Below, piece by piece: positions 35,981 to 48,126 of a stretch of DNA of 48,126 bases (position 1 is its first letter; each line of letters opens with the position of its first letter). The position numbers and the translations under genes are program-made. This stretch comes from Intoshia linei (lineage: Eukaryota > Animalia > Orthonectida), in contig LWCA01000142.1 in the NCBI GenBank assembly GCA_001642005.1, positions 1 through 48,126 on the forward strand. The letters run 5' to 3'. Under the pieces are notes generated by a model, which was not told the DNA's origin, did not search any database, and saw only the letters and a list, made by a program, of their open reading frames with translations.

Positions 35981-38900
35981 TTATTTTAAAAAAATAATGT
36001 CGGTTAAATATGTCATGTCAAAATTTAACAATGTACACAATATGTAACAAAAAAATAAAATGCTGTAAGGATATATCAAAACGTTTTCATTTTTCAGGTT
36101 GGCAAGTTCTAAATGTAAATTAAAATCATACATTTAAAGTTTTAAATAAAAATCACAACCGGAGGATAATTAATAACCCTTAAGGCACTACAAGCCATAT
36201 TTTATTGCATACAATTGAAATGCAAAATATAAGACAAAAATTGTGTATTGAGTCGCACTAAACACTTTGCCTTATGATAAGGAACTCATGTACTTTGTTT
36301 TAGTACATTAAATCACGATAATTATACAACAATTGTTCTCAGATAAGTATCCCAAAAATATTCATCCAAATAAACTTTACTTAGATCTCAGTAATCATAT
36401 AAATTCATCCAAATTATTTAGATCTAAATATTCATAATTTCATCCAAGTCCATATTACTCAGATCTGAATACTCATATAAATTGATACAATAAAATGGAA
36501 TATACAAGCCGTAATAGTCAAATTGACTAAATCAATGCATATTAAGAGTAAGTATTACTTAGAGTCTAAGTCATAAAATATCTAATCGACACGCCCATTA
36601 CTCAGATCTAAGTACTCTGTTGTCTAAGGGATAATAACCTCTGCACACATAGCCAAACCTAAAGTACCTGAAACCATTCCTAGGTTCGGTCAAATTTTTG
36701 TAACATAGTGACATCATTTTTCCAATTGCAATTAAAAATTGATATTTTTAAATAACTGTCGGGCCGATACGCGAGGAGGTGTGGCTAAGGATATATAGCG
36801 TTATGAATTGTTTATAAAAAAGTGTAAAGAGTTTATTTTTAATTTTCGGAGGGCAAATAGCAAAATAGATTTATATACAAAATGTATATTTGATTAGTGC
36901 TAACTGAAAATATTTAGTATAGTATAAGATTTTACAAGAAAGGCTGTAAATTTAAGAAAAAAAGTTGTTCCGTACAAAACAAAAAATTATCTTTAACTGA
37001 CTCTCTGTGAAATGGAATACAGGTCGTTTTCAATTTTGGCTGGAGCACACCGGTTGAGGAGCACTATCCTAGTATATTATATACTAAAAACTAAATTACT
37101 TCTATATCCAATATATGAAATGTACAAATAATAAAAAACACACAACAAGCATGTCGTATTTAGAGTAAACACAGTCAGATAGTTTTTATTGTGTAAATCT
37201 ATAATGAAATGAAAAAAGTAAAATGTATATAAAACCTGTGATATATTGAATAATGAGATAAAGAGGTTTAACAATTACGGACCTAGCGACCATACATGGA
37301 AATATTGAGTTTAAATGTACGTCGAAGCAATAAGCCCATTCAATCTGTTCACTATATTGAGGCAATACTGTATAGTTTAAAAAAAACCTAAAATTAAATA
37401 ATGTAAATAAAACTATGAAAACTGTAGACACATTGCAATAATGAAGGATAAATTTCAAATTTTAATTTTTGTGCCCTTATCCATTCAATTACAGTGTAAG
37501 TCTTACACCAACCTAGTGTACAATATACACCCGTTTTTCCTAAAAGTGGAGCTATGACCTAACGATCATGGTCATGGTAAATTTCACGAATGTATTGCAA
37601 TATTGAAAACTTTAGACCAATGCAGTGGTTCTCAACTTTTCGCGACACCACATAAATTTATTATATTACATACTTTTAACAATTTTGAAATCTTGTCAAC
37701 CTTAAAAAAATTATGTTTAACCCTTCACTATTTGCTAAGGTGTTAACATTTTTCTAAAACAAAAAATCCAGGGTTATAAAAGATCAAGAATAAAATTTAA
37801 TGAAGGCACTTTTGCGTAATTCAGCCAATCAAACCAATGTTAGTTGTTATCGATCTAGAGATCATTTATTCTAATAATAGATTGTGTTTTTAATTTTATG
37901 TTGATCTAAAAAAATATAAAAAATGGAGTTACAAAATATATGAAAATGTTCCATATCTGACTTTGACAAATGGTTAACCGACATAGATTCTCAATCCAAT
38001 TTGGTATTTGAATATTTAAATGCCATTAAAACCATATTTACCAATTGTGACTTTTAAATAGATGGACCCTTGCGGTCTTATGCGTTTTTGGAATTTGGTA
38101 TTAATTAAATTAAAGATTAACATAAAATGTTTCATTTTAAATATGTAATGTAAATTTTTTTTAAATGCATCTTATATTGCCTGTGATAATTTTTTTATAT
38201 TAAAGCGCCAATTTACTTGGTGATTTAATAATAATAATAAATGTATCCAATTAAAAAGTGGCGCATTATTTGTTTTTATACAACAGGTAATATTTCAATA
38301 TCGTTTTGATTTATTGTAATATTTTATTTCAATTACAGGTTTTTAATTGATTTTAACATTTAATTTTGTTTATTAGTTAATTTTTTCATGTATTTTTATG
38401 TAGATTCTCAAATACAGTATATACCCCAGGATTACATTAAAAAAATGTGAAAATTTATCCAATACCAAATCTAATCTTTTTAAGTTTATGTTAAACTCAA
38501 CGTAGTTATTTTTAAATTTTATTTTTTTACATTTAACTTTAGGTTCCTAATATTACATCTAAAAACATTGAAGATGTTCTTCGTCGCGGTGAAGGCATTC
38601 ATAGTTATTTTTTTATAATGATATTGCATGCATCTTATATTTCTTATTTACATTACAATTATTTATACCAAGAAGATTTTAACATTTTAAGCAAATTATA
38701 AAAATTAATTTTTTCAACAATTTTTTTAAGTTACTAAACTTTTAATTACTTTAAATTAATGAGAAATTTTTCCCTTTATCACCAGGAACTTTTTCTTTTA
38801 TTTTTACCTGAAACCCAGATTTCAACCCAAGCATAGCTGGTGCACCATCAGTATAAACACCGCATATATTGTATTAATTTCCTTCAATAAAAAACTCATC

Positions 38901-40015
38901 AAGTTTTTTATAAATATTCAGTTTTCGTACAAACAGCAGCCAGCTCTGTCGAGGGCTAATTTTTAATTTTAAAATCGATTTTTTAATTATTCTATTGTGA
39001 AATTGAAATTGTGTTTTTTAATTCTAGGACTTTTAATTTTTGAATTAAACGGTAACACACACAGACAATACATTTTATATAAGTAAAGGATTCTCATGTA
39101 TTTTTGATCATGATGGACTCAAATTTGGGAAATGAAACATAGATATCAACATCTGCGAAAAACTCTATTAGAAACTGGGCTCTTTTAAATTTTAAGACTG
39201 TTAATTTTTTAAATATATATACGGTATCACACACACAAAGTGACATTCAATTTTATATAAGTAAAGGATAAATTACCAAAAAAATGTTGCAGCAATAATG
39301 CCTGCAAAAGCATACATGAAAACAACATTGTATATAAACCAAGGTATAATAAGAAAACTGGATAGAAAGCAAATCTTTATAATGATTATAGACATTAAAT
39401 CCAATACTAAAATTGAAATACATTTATAAAACAAATAACAATTTTTTCTCTAAATATTACAATATACAAAAATCAGTTTTCTATGAAAATGAAATTGAAA
39501 AAATGCACCGAAAAAAATAAAAAATAAAAATTTTTCAATATTACTAAATCCCTTATTCCCTACTTTTAAAAGTCCACTTATTTACGTGATTAAAGGCTAT
39601 CTGTATAGTTTAGATTAAACTACACAAATTCCAAGACAGTTTTTTGCTTTGTTTATCATAAATTCAATATTAGAATTATACATTGTACACATTCCCGGTC
39701 AAAGCTTATTTTAGCATTAGTATTTACCAATTAGTATAAGTGTTGAGAGTAGGAAAAAAGAAGGATCATCTCTAGCAAATTGATTTTTACTAGCCTTACG
39801 AGCATCGAAAATTCTGTACCTAATTAATAAATATACATGTCATTCATACGTTGAAAAATTAAACAAAAAAAATACATTTTCTGTGGATTTGTAATCAATA
39901 TCCATGATTGCCAACAAGCATACTCCAAGTCCATTTGTCTAAAATTTAACATTCTCGAAAAAAATCGTTTAAATTTATGTTCTGCCGAGTATTCAACATT
40001 ATTAAAACACAACAT
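35981..40015 (-). CDS. UNC50: UNC-50 / GMH1 Golgi membrane protein
   Basis: Exons encode FRQMDLEYACWQ..L.TNPQ (~39880-40015), KNQFARDDPSF (~39727-39819), FAGIIAATFFW (~39277-39406), IEWAYCFDVHLNS.FP (~37236-37387), YYLYISYIGY (~37100-37197) and LKN..VLIYP (35981-36108), all UNC-50 signature motifs. Confidence 0.92.
36355..36620. repeat. Degenerate short repeats (ttact(c/t)agatct.a.ta.tcat, ~5 copies) in a UNC-50 intron
   Basis: Motif recurs at ~36377, 36415, 36454, 36555 and 36598 with irregular spacing. Confidence 0.55.
38770..38920 (-). mobile_element. hAT (Buster/SCAND3/ZBED8-like) transposase fragment
   Basis: IYKKLDEFF...*..CGVYTDGAPAMLGLKSGFQVKIKEKVP matches the TDGAPAMxG..SGF motif; it contains an in-frame stop. 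Confidence 0.8.
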
Positions 40016-40154
40016 TGCGTAAATAATCTATACTGTCACTCTCTAACAATAAAATGTAAAAAGGTAACGCAAAGTAAATTGGTACGTTTTAAGAATAAAG
40101 TTACTTTTAATTGTGTAGGTGATTTACTAACAATAAAATTTTATTTTACCTTTA

Positions 40155-43100
40155 ATGGATACAAATTCTGAACAACACTGTGAAAGAAGTTTCGAGATAA
40201 ATTCCGATTCTAGCTTTCAAAGTGCGTGTGAATCATTTGATTCCGCCGATTCATTTTCAGAAAAGGACAAAACAACATTATCACATCAAACCAACAAACT
40301 ACAATCTCACGATTTAAAAAATTTAAAATATTTAAAAAAACAACATGTAAACGTACATCACACAAGAATTGAACTAGATGAAATCCAATTTGACTTAAAA
40401 GACGTTGAATTAGCAAACAACACAAATCCTCAACATTCACAAGTTCAAAGTGAAATTAAACTAGAAAATAAAATAAATGCACCACAAACTGATTTAAATG
40501 ACTTTAAACTGTCTGAAAACGATCTACACACTTATCAAAACGAAAACAATTTTACTTCATACGTAGGAAATTTAAAGAGTAGTCTCTTAACCATTGGTGA
40601 TAAATTTAACCAAAAAATTGCACAAAGTGTTGATAATGATGATCAAGGTAATATTGATGTGTGAATTTAATTACTACGGATTATTTAATGTAAATTGAAA
40701 AATTTTACAAATTTATTTTTTAGTTGACACAAACACCTCTACGTCATGGCTTTCTGCTAGCGTTTTTTCTGGAATTACTAAAGCTGTATCAAAAAATGTT
40801 AAGGTTTTTATTTTCGTTTAGAGCAAAAATTTGATGGGAGAAGGAGCTGGAATGATTGAAAAAATTAAAAAATCAGGAATTGATCTTATAAATACTGCGC
40901 CAATTTCAGTACCCACACAGGATTCGGATTTTTCAGAGGTTTATTTTTTAATTTGTTTTTTCAAAATTTTACTGAACTATTACAATTTAATTTTCATTTT
41001 ATTTATTTTTGTATCATATTCATAAATCATTTGTGTTATTTATGTAGTTTGTTAAAGAAGTGAAAAGGAAAAAACTTGTAAATAAAGACGAAGTGGATCA
41101 TCAAATCGTCAATAAATTTGAAGCTTTAAATTTAAACTTTCTAATTGCTACTCGGTTGGATAATCTTGATACATTTCTAACGAGTTTCTGTGATGAGGGA
41201 GGTTTGTTGTTATTTATAAAAAATTACTGGTACAGTATAAAGTAAAAATTGCTCAAAATGTGTCTGCCATTGTCGGTGTGTGTAACCATTTATTTAGACT
41301 ACTGATAGTCCCGCAAATTTCAAAAACATAAATTCAAAGTCAGTTTTATTTATGGCGGATGGTTAAATTAATTGTAAATTAAAAAAATATCAAATTATGT
41401 CGTTTCATAAATTGCATATTCAGAGTCAATTTTAATTTTTTTGTTAATATAGTTCAGTGGTTCCCGATTGAGGTCCCTGGACCATTTGGGTCAAAAACTA
41501 TAAGCCTGGGGTCCGTAAGATTCAAATAAAATATACAATTTTTTCATCAACTTTTGTTTATTCTTATAGGATAATTTTTTATAAATATTACAGAATTATC
41601 AAATATTGGAAATTTATGCCAAAGTCTAGAGCAGGGATTCTCAACCTTTTTTGAACTATCTCCCTCTAAATCAAAAAAATTTATCATGGGTTCCTTAATA
41701 ATTAAAAACTAGCAAAAAATGTACTTAATTTTACTGATACTTTTGTGCATTATAATAATTTATGATATTTAGCCGAATTTTTAAAATATGAGTTTTAAAA
41801 AATTGCTTGTTTGTATTTATAAAGTTGACTTACTTTTTCTCATAATAACAGTATTTTTATGTTATTTCGCAGAAATAAAATAGAAACGAATCAAAACAAT
41901 AATCTCAAAATGTCTAAAATGTCAAAAGCAACACAATTTAATATTTTAAAATTTACATTATGTTAATAAGAAAATTATAATATCAACTTGAAACTAAATC
42001 ATCCCAATATTAAACAAATCATCAAAAACCCTTGGTCTAGAGTCTAGACAACCGGCTCCATTAGTATTTCAAAAATTACACTTTCATCCAACCATTAATA
42101 AAAAATATCGTTTCAAACCTTCGGAGAAAAATCCACTTAATCAAACCACAAAATAAAGAATCACTTTTACTAACCATTAAGGGAAGAACCCCTTTTTTCA
42201 GTTTTTTTTATAAAAACACAATTGTACCATCCCTTGAAGGAAATATCTTTTTCTTTTTACAATACTTTTTTGAAAATTACAATTATACCCAATTTTATGA
42301 GAAAAAACATTTAATTTTTTAATAAATGTTTTATATTTCATGTTTCCTTTGGGGCTAAAAAAATAATATTTTGAATTGGGGTCCGTATACTATTTGAATC
42401 GGGAAACACTGGTATAATTGAAGAAAGTAGCTATTGTTTGTACGGACTACGTAGTGTATGATGGTGGAAATTCCCTTATATTTACCTTTTGTTTATTAGG
42501 AAAATGTAAACTTTTACTTTTCTATAAATAAGATTAGAGCATCTCAGTTTTATCTGTTTTTAATTTGTTGATGAGAATTTTAAAACTGCGTGTGGTTACA
42601 TTTGAAATTTGTTAGCATTCTATATTTTGACACTTCTGACTATCAAGTATATAACACTTTAAAATAAATTGGTCGGCTTAAAAATTATTTAAAATCAATG
42701 AAACTCAAGGATGATCTAATATAGTTAAAGTGAAAATATTTGCTCATAAATTAATAAATATACTAGGATTAGAAGCGCAACAATGTATAAATACAATTTA
42801 TGTGAAATACGAACTTGCACCATTTGATAAAGATATAAATATATTTACTAAAGTCAATGAAGGTATTTATTATTTGTATGCGTTCTCATACCAGTTTGAC
42901 CCCATCATGATTCACTGGCTATAACCCGGTCGGTATAAACTGTATTTAGAAAAAATATCATCAATTATAATTTATAGTGAAAAATTAATTTATTTAACCA
43001 GAGTTTACAAAATGTCGGTCCGTGAAAATCTTTTTATATTCATAGGGGTTGTCAACACAAAAAGGTTGAAAATCACCGACAAGTTTCACAATTTGTGGTC

Positions 43101-44155
43101 ACTAATCATCAGCTATATAAGATTTTTGATAAAATATTTTTAGATCTATTAGAATGCTATAAAAACACTCTTGATTCAATCTGTTGGGATTTGAATGATG
43201 CAATAGATATAGACTTAATAAATAACGTAATTTTACTATGTAAGTGATATTCGATTTTTCGCATACCCGTGAATCAAGTTATTCTTTATTCGTCCCATGC
43301 GTATTTCGATTTAATGTATAATGTTTTTATACTGACATTCATTTTAGGAATTTATCAATATTGTTAAAACACCCATTGAAACAAGCCTTACCTACCACGT
43401 ATTTTTAAACAAAGATTCTGGAACAATGTTTCAATTTTTTCTATCAGATTTCATTTATTTTTACAACTGTTGCTTTTTTAAACCCTTATTAAATCGGACA
43501 TATCACTATTTTGAAACAATGTTCCAGTTTCCTACATTTAGATTAAAAGGTTGAAATTTTTAAACTTATTAAATTACAGCAAACCTACATAACATCTATA
43601 AACATATCTGCAAAATTAACCGTTTTATGCCTGAAAATAATATATGAAATTATACTCTATGTATCAGAAAATTGTGAAAAAATTTTTAATGTTCAAGATT
43701 TTGTGGAAATGATTAAAAAGTAATAAATTAACTCACATGTATAGCAATTAAATAGATTGTGCTATTGTATGGACAGACTGATCCGATCAAATCTTGAAGC
43801 TGTTTGCAAGTACTTAATTGACAACGACGTATTTTTATTTTCTAATTTTAAAAATGTTATTTGAAACATTTCAGTGATATAAAGAGTGGGTGTCACGTTT
43901 TGGGTACTTTAGGGAAGATTAGCTTTTTATTAAAGTAAACACTATTCCGCATATAATACTCGTTAAAAACAAGTTCTAACCGCCTTGATTCTGATACGTG
44001 TCACAACTTATATAAACTATGAAATTAATTTATTATAGCACCAATACTACCAATACATGGATCTCGATCTTGAAAAATTAAAAAGCTCTAGTTGTGGATA
44101 TATTAGAATGATTCTCTATGGATATTTTTGTATATACAAAATATTGATACAATAA
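40155..44155 (+). CDS. FAM114A (Noxp20)-like protein, multi-exon
   Basis: Acidic N-terminus with SDSSFQSACE; exons include ~40155-40647, 40723-40803, 40822-40938, 41048-41201 (F.DEGG), 42767-42862, 43580-43719 (SI..SAKLTVLCL..I), 43757-43828 and 44039-44155 (SS.GYI). Most junctions checked are phase-consistent GT-AG. Family assignment is from remembered similarity only. Confidence 0.55.
41455..42411. mobile_element. hAT-type MITE (outer) carrying a nested MITE
   Basis: TIRs cagtggttcccgatt / aatcgggaaacactg; flanks atatagtt / gtataatt. Confidence 0.75.
41632..42034. mobile_element. Nested hAT-type MITE (inner)
   Basis: Starts cagggattctcaacc and has a decayed right end (aaaaacccttg); perfect 8-bp TSD gtctagag at 41624-41631 and 42035-42042. 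Confidence 0.75.
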
Positions 44156-44883
44156 ATCTTAAAAATTTAAATTATTTACGAACCATCTTTATTTGTGTTT
44201 TTATCACGTATTACACTTTACATGGGTGTAAATCAACAAATAACTGTGAAGGCATCACTAAATGTTTCCACCAGATGTACATTAGGGGTGATAAAAAAGT
44301 AAACCCAACGAGGAATTGCAATACCATCTATTTTCACACAAGTAGAAGTTGCAGTTTTTAAAAAAACTCCGGGCAAAGCTATTTGGTATTGAACATTGCT
44401 GATCGTCACTAATATTTGTGAATTTTTTATTGATTTAACTATTTTTTTCAAATGATGGATATTGAAAACATTTTCAGTCTGAAACTCTAAACGGAAGGTA
44501 ACAGAATTGCATTTTTCAGCAATTGATAATTTTTGTTTACGAAACCTTAAACTTTATGCACTTTTTAAAATACAGAAAAAATAAAGAAACTAAAAGAAAT
44601 TTTTAACGTTCACGACAAATTAATTCACCTTTATAATCAATTAAAACTTCATGTAAGTTTTCGATTAATTAATTTTAAAATAAAATATTCAAAAAATAAA
44701 ACAAAAACACTATTGAAAGTTTAACCCGCAAAATATGAAGAAAATCATATAACAAAAAATATAAACTTTACTAAATTAATTTAACAATTAAATATATACA
44801 ATTTGAATTATAGCACCAATATAAAATGTCAACCTTGAATGAATGATATATTTATCGTACATATTATGTATTAATATATTAAA

Positions 44884-46549
44884 TTAACACCAATTATCTT
44901 CATCATTTACCCACTCTTGTTCGGGTTCATCGCGGTAATCGTTATCCACCGTTGTGTTGTTATTGTAATTCGCATTTGAGAACGAATGAGCAGCAGTTTT
45001 GTATTCATGATTTCCATATGCATCCATAAACTCGGGAATTTGTTGGTTGCTTTCCTTCAACAGTGTTATTAATTCAGGGATTAAATTGGAACTTTCGTCG
45101 TTAAAAAATGATATTGCTTCACCCATTCGCCCTACTCTTCCAGTACGTCCAATCTTGTGAACATACTCGTCAATGTCTTTTGGCATGTCATAATTTATGA
45201 CACGTCTTATATTGCTAATGTCAAGTCCTCTTGAAGCCACTCCAGTTGCAACCATAATTGGCATTTCGCCTGATTTGAACTTATATATTGCGTCTTCCCG
45301 CTGGAATTGAGATTTGTTGCCATGAATAGCAATAGCTCTGCAACCATTTTTTCGTAAAACCAATTCCAAACAATCTGCACCATCTTTGCGTTCAACAAAC
45401 ACTAATACGAGATTCTCCTTAGAAGCATCCCCAATATGGTCGAAGATTGCTTTACATTTCTGTGAATCGTGTAGATACAGAAAAGTTTGAGTTATATTCT
45501 GACTTGTACTACCTACTCTTCCAACCGCTATAAAAATGTAATCTTCCAGATAATCTGCAGCCATGTATTGAATTTTTTTGGGAAAGGTGGCAGAAAACAT
45601 GACAGTTTGTCTTTTTCCTTTCGGTGGCATGTCATATTCTTCAACGATCCGTCGGATTTGTGGTTCGAACCCCATATCCAACATCCTGTCAGCTTCGTCC
45701 AATACCAAAATTTTACAATTCTCCAGCCAAATGTATCCTTTTTGGATAAAATCATCGAATCTTCCAGGAGTAGCAATAATTATATCTACACCTTTAGAAA
45801 TTTCTTTAACTTGTTCTCTAGATGGCGCACCGCCATACACTACAACAGGCCTTACTATAGATCTGTATACATATTTTTTTGTTTCATAATATATCTGTAT
45901 TGCCAATTCACGTGTTGGTGTAATAATCACTGCATACGGACCTTGCTCCGGGCCTAGTGTTCTTTCGTATTTATACGATAATTCTGGTAATTTCATCAAT
46001 TTATTTAAAATAGGAAGCATAAAAGCTGCAGTTTTACCTGATCCAGTTTGGGCACATGCCATCAAATCACGGTCATTGTTTATAACTGGAATAGCGTATT
46101 TCTGCACCGGGGTTGGTTTTAAATAATTACTGAGTGTTATATTTTGTCTCAAAACCTTAGCAAAATTTTGATTTTCAAATTTGTCAATTGGATCTGGACA
46201 TGAGTTTCCACTCATCTTGACAGGAATGGCATCATAGTAGTCAAAATTTATTCCTATATTTTCTTTTGAAAAATATTCTCTTTCCTGTTTTGCGTTCTTT
46301 GGGAGCATGATTACTTCTCCCATTGGACATCCCGTAGTTTCATAGGAATCCATGCAATGGTGATAATCTATAAAATCGCTTTGGTTGATTTTAGTTGGTT
46401 GAGGTTTTTTGTAATAATTTTCTTGGTCGTATCCGTCATTGTAATTTGATTTACCGTAACCATTATCATAATCATCGTATTTATTGTAATTTTGTCTCTA
46501 AAAATTATAATTTTTAAATATTAATTAAATTAATTACGTTATACGACAT
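44884..46549 (-). CDS. DEAD-box RNA helicase of the DDX3/PL10-Vasa clade (~541 aa, 2 exons)
   Basis: Exon 1 46538-46549 (MSYN), a 40-nt intron, and exon 2 44884-46497. Motifs: GINFDYYD.IPV, PTPVQ, AQTGSGKT, PTRELA, TPGR, DEAD, SAT, VGRVGSTSQNITQ, RGLD, HKIGRTGR. Confidence 0.95.
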
Positions 46550-47514
46550 TGGTATAATTTAAAATAAAATTTAATATATAAAGTAAATGTAAATATGTAA
46601 TTGAAATTGTAATATCACTCAATAGAATTCAAAGTTGGATTACGCTAGTACCGATGGATACATAACCAAAATCTATAGTTAATGTAATTATTTATCAGTT
46701 TTAATTACTTTAGATTTAATTACATTACACAGTACTTTCTGGCTGCATTTTACCACACTTTTAGATTTACCACTGTAAATCGTATACATAAGTACATTTT
46801 TTTAACCAGGAGAGATTATTATAGTTGCATCGATACATATTTTAATTTACAGGCTTAAATTTTAAGCCAATCTTAGTCTGCGTTTGTAAAAAAATGTGAT
46901 TATCAATCAATTATTGAATTGGAAAGTAAATTTGTATATCGATAAATTCTTGCACGTTTCTTTAAAATTTTTAAAATGTAAAACAAAGTATAAAATACGA
47001 ATCTACAAATTTAGTTTTGGGACTAGTTTTCATTTACATGTATTAATTTGTTATCTTATACTACTCGCGCAGGATAGTTTTGACAAGACAGACTGAATTT
47101 AAGAGTATCATTAACTTTATTATGTTAAAAAACAGAATCAAAAATCACTTATACATTTTTGAATTTGTTTAAATATTAAATTTCATTCAGCAAGATTAAT
47201 TTTAATTAACAAAGATTAAAAATTAATATTCAGTAATGAAATTGAACAATATCAAAGGAAAATTGTCCGCTTCACTGAACATAAAATTGAATTGCTCATT
47301 GTTGAGTCAACAAAAATCTAATTTTTTTATAAATTTTTGATTATAAATCTCTTGATAAAGATTAAATTTTATAGATTTAAAAATTACCGGTAAGATAGAA
47401 CATTAATTTTATTTTAATGCATGAAATTTATAGAAATTACATATAGTCTTGTATAAAAATAATTGCGCAATTGAGCTACAAATTTTTGTGCTCAGAACTA
47501 TATACTGTAATTAA

Positions 47515-48126
47515 CCCTTACATACATAACATAGACGAACAACGCTAAAAGAGCATGTTGAACTTTGAGTGCAAAACTTCAAGTACTTTGTATTTAACTA
47601 AAAATATGAATTTGACTGGCAAACTGACATTTATTGTTATGCAATTAACATTTTATTTTTTTTGTCTTCAAATTACTGTTAAATTATTACTTAAATTTTT
47701 ATGTCGGAAAATACCTGGAAAACAAATAAAAAATTTAATTTATCCCATATTTACTGGTCAAAAAAAATGTAAATACATATGAAATTCGAAAATACGTAAT
47801 AATTATTGTGTTTATGGGTATATATCGATTTCCTGAATTGAGGGACTATTGGTACAATGATTTTTTTACTGTTAATTGAGTTAAATCTGCACTATCTTAC
47901 AAACGATTTAGTGAAATTAATTGGTTCATAAATATGTGCTCCATTCATATCAATGATTTGGGAAAAAGAGATGTGGATAAATCAGTTGTAGATATTATAA
48001 AATATTTAAATGACAAATTTAATTATTTGTATTCATTTGAAGAACATTTTTCTATAGATGAAGGCATGGTCTAATATAAAGGAAGATACTCTTTTAAAGT
48101 ATACATGCCTTTCAAACCCACCAAAA
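47515..48126 (+). mobile_element. Decayed piggyBac (PGBD4-like) element running off the window
   Basis: FSIDEGMV*YKGRYSFKVYMPFKPTK at ~48048-48126 matches piggyBac SIDESM..FKGR...QY.P.KP.K; a candidate ttaa|ccctt terminus is at 47511. Confidence 0.75.

Noticed and set aside
36355-36620. Spaced short repeats superficially like a CRISPR array
   Set aside because: Repeats are degenerate, spacing is irregular, spacers resemble each other, the context is a eukaryotic intron, and there are no cas genes.
44128-44451. Overlapping ORFs between FAM114A-like and the helicase (TNNCEG, faintly MULE-like)
   Set aside because: A single short motif with no TIRs or other support.
45207-45957. Alternative-frame and antisense ORFs within the helicase
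   Set aside because: Shadows of a higher-GC coding exon with no recognisable motifs.

Overview
This is AT-rich eukaryotic (animal-like) genomic DNA with GT-AG introns. Many introns are only about 35-55 nt and the longer ones are packed with MITEs, which suggests a compacted invertebrate genome (orthonectid-like is only a guess). Hand-assembled gene models, left to right: two tandem NRF-6-like (NRF + acyltransferase-3) genes on the minus strand, one apparently decayed; a 14-exon DEG/ENaC channel (minus, about 740 aa) with an RKRR site followed by an acidic EPAPDGGT-repeat insert; a decayed Tc1/Tc3 transposase; a tandem pair of three-exon genes encoding about 83-aa triple-CCHC zinc-knuckle microproteins, largely missed by the ORF track; eIF2B-epsilon (plus) with a POLE4-like histone-fold gene nested antisense in intron 3; UNC-50 (minus) head-to-head with a FAM114A-like gene (plus); a nearly intronless PL10/DDX3-type DEAD-box helicase with a Vasa-like acidic-Trp tail; and a piggyBac remnant at the right edge. 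hAT-, pogo/Tc1- and Helitron-like non-autonomous elements are frequent and some are nested. No rRNA, tRNA or CRISPR array was recognised. All family assignments come from motif recall, not database searches.
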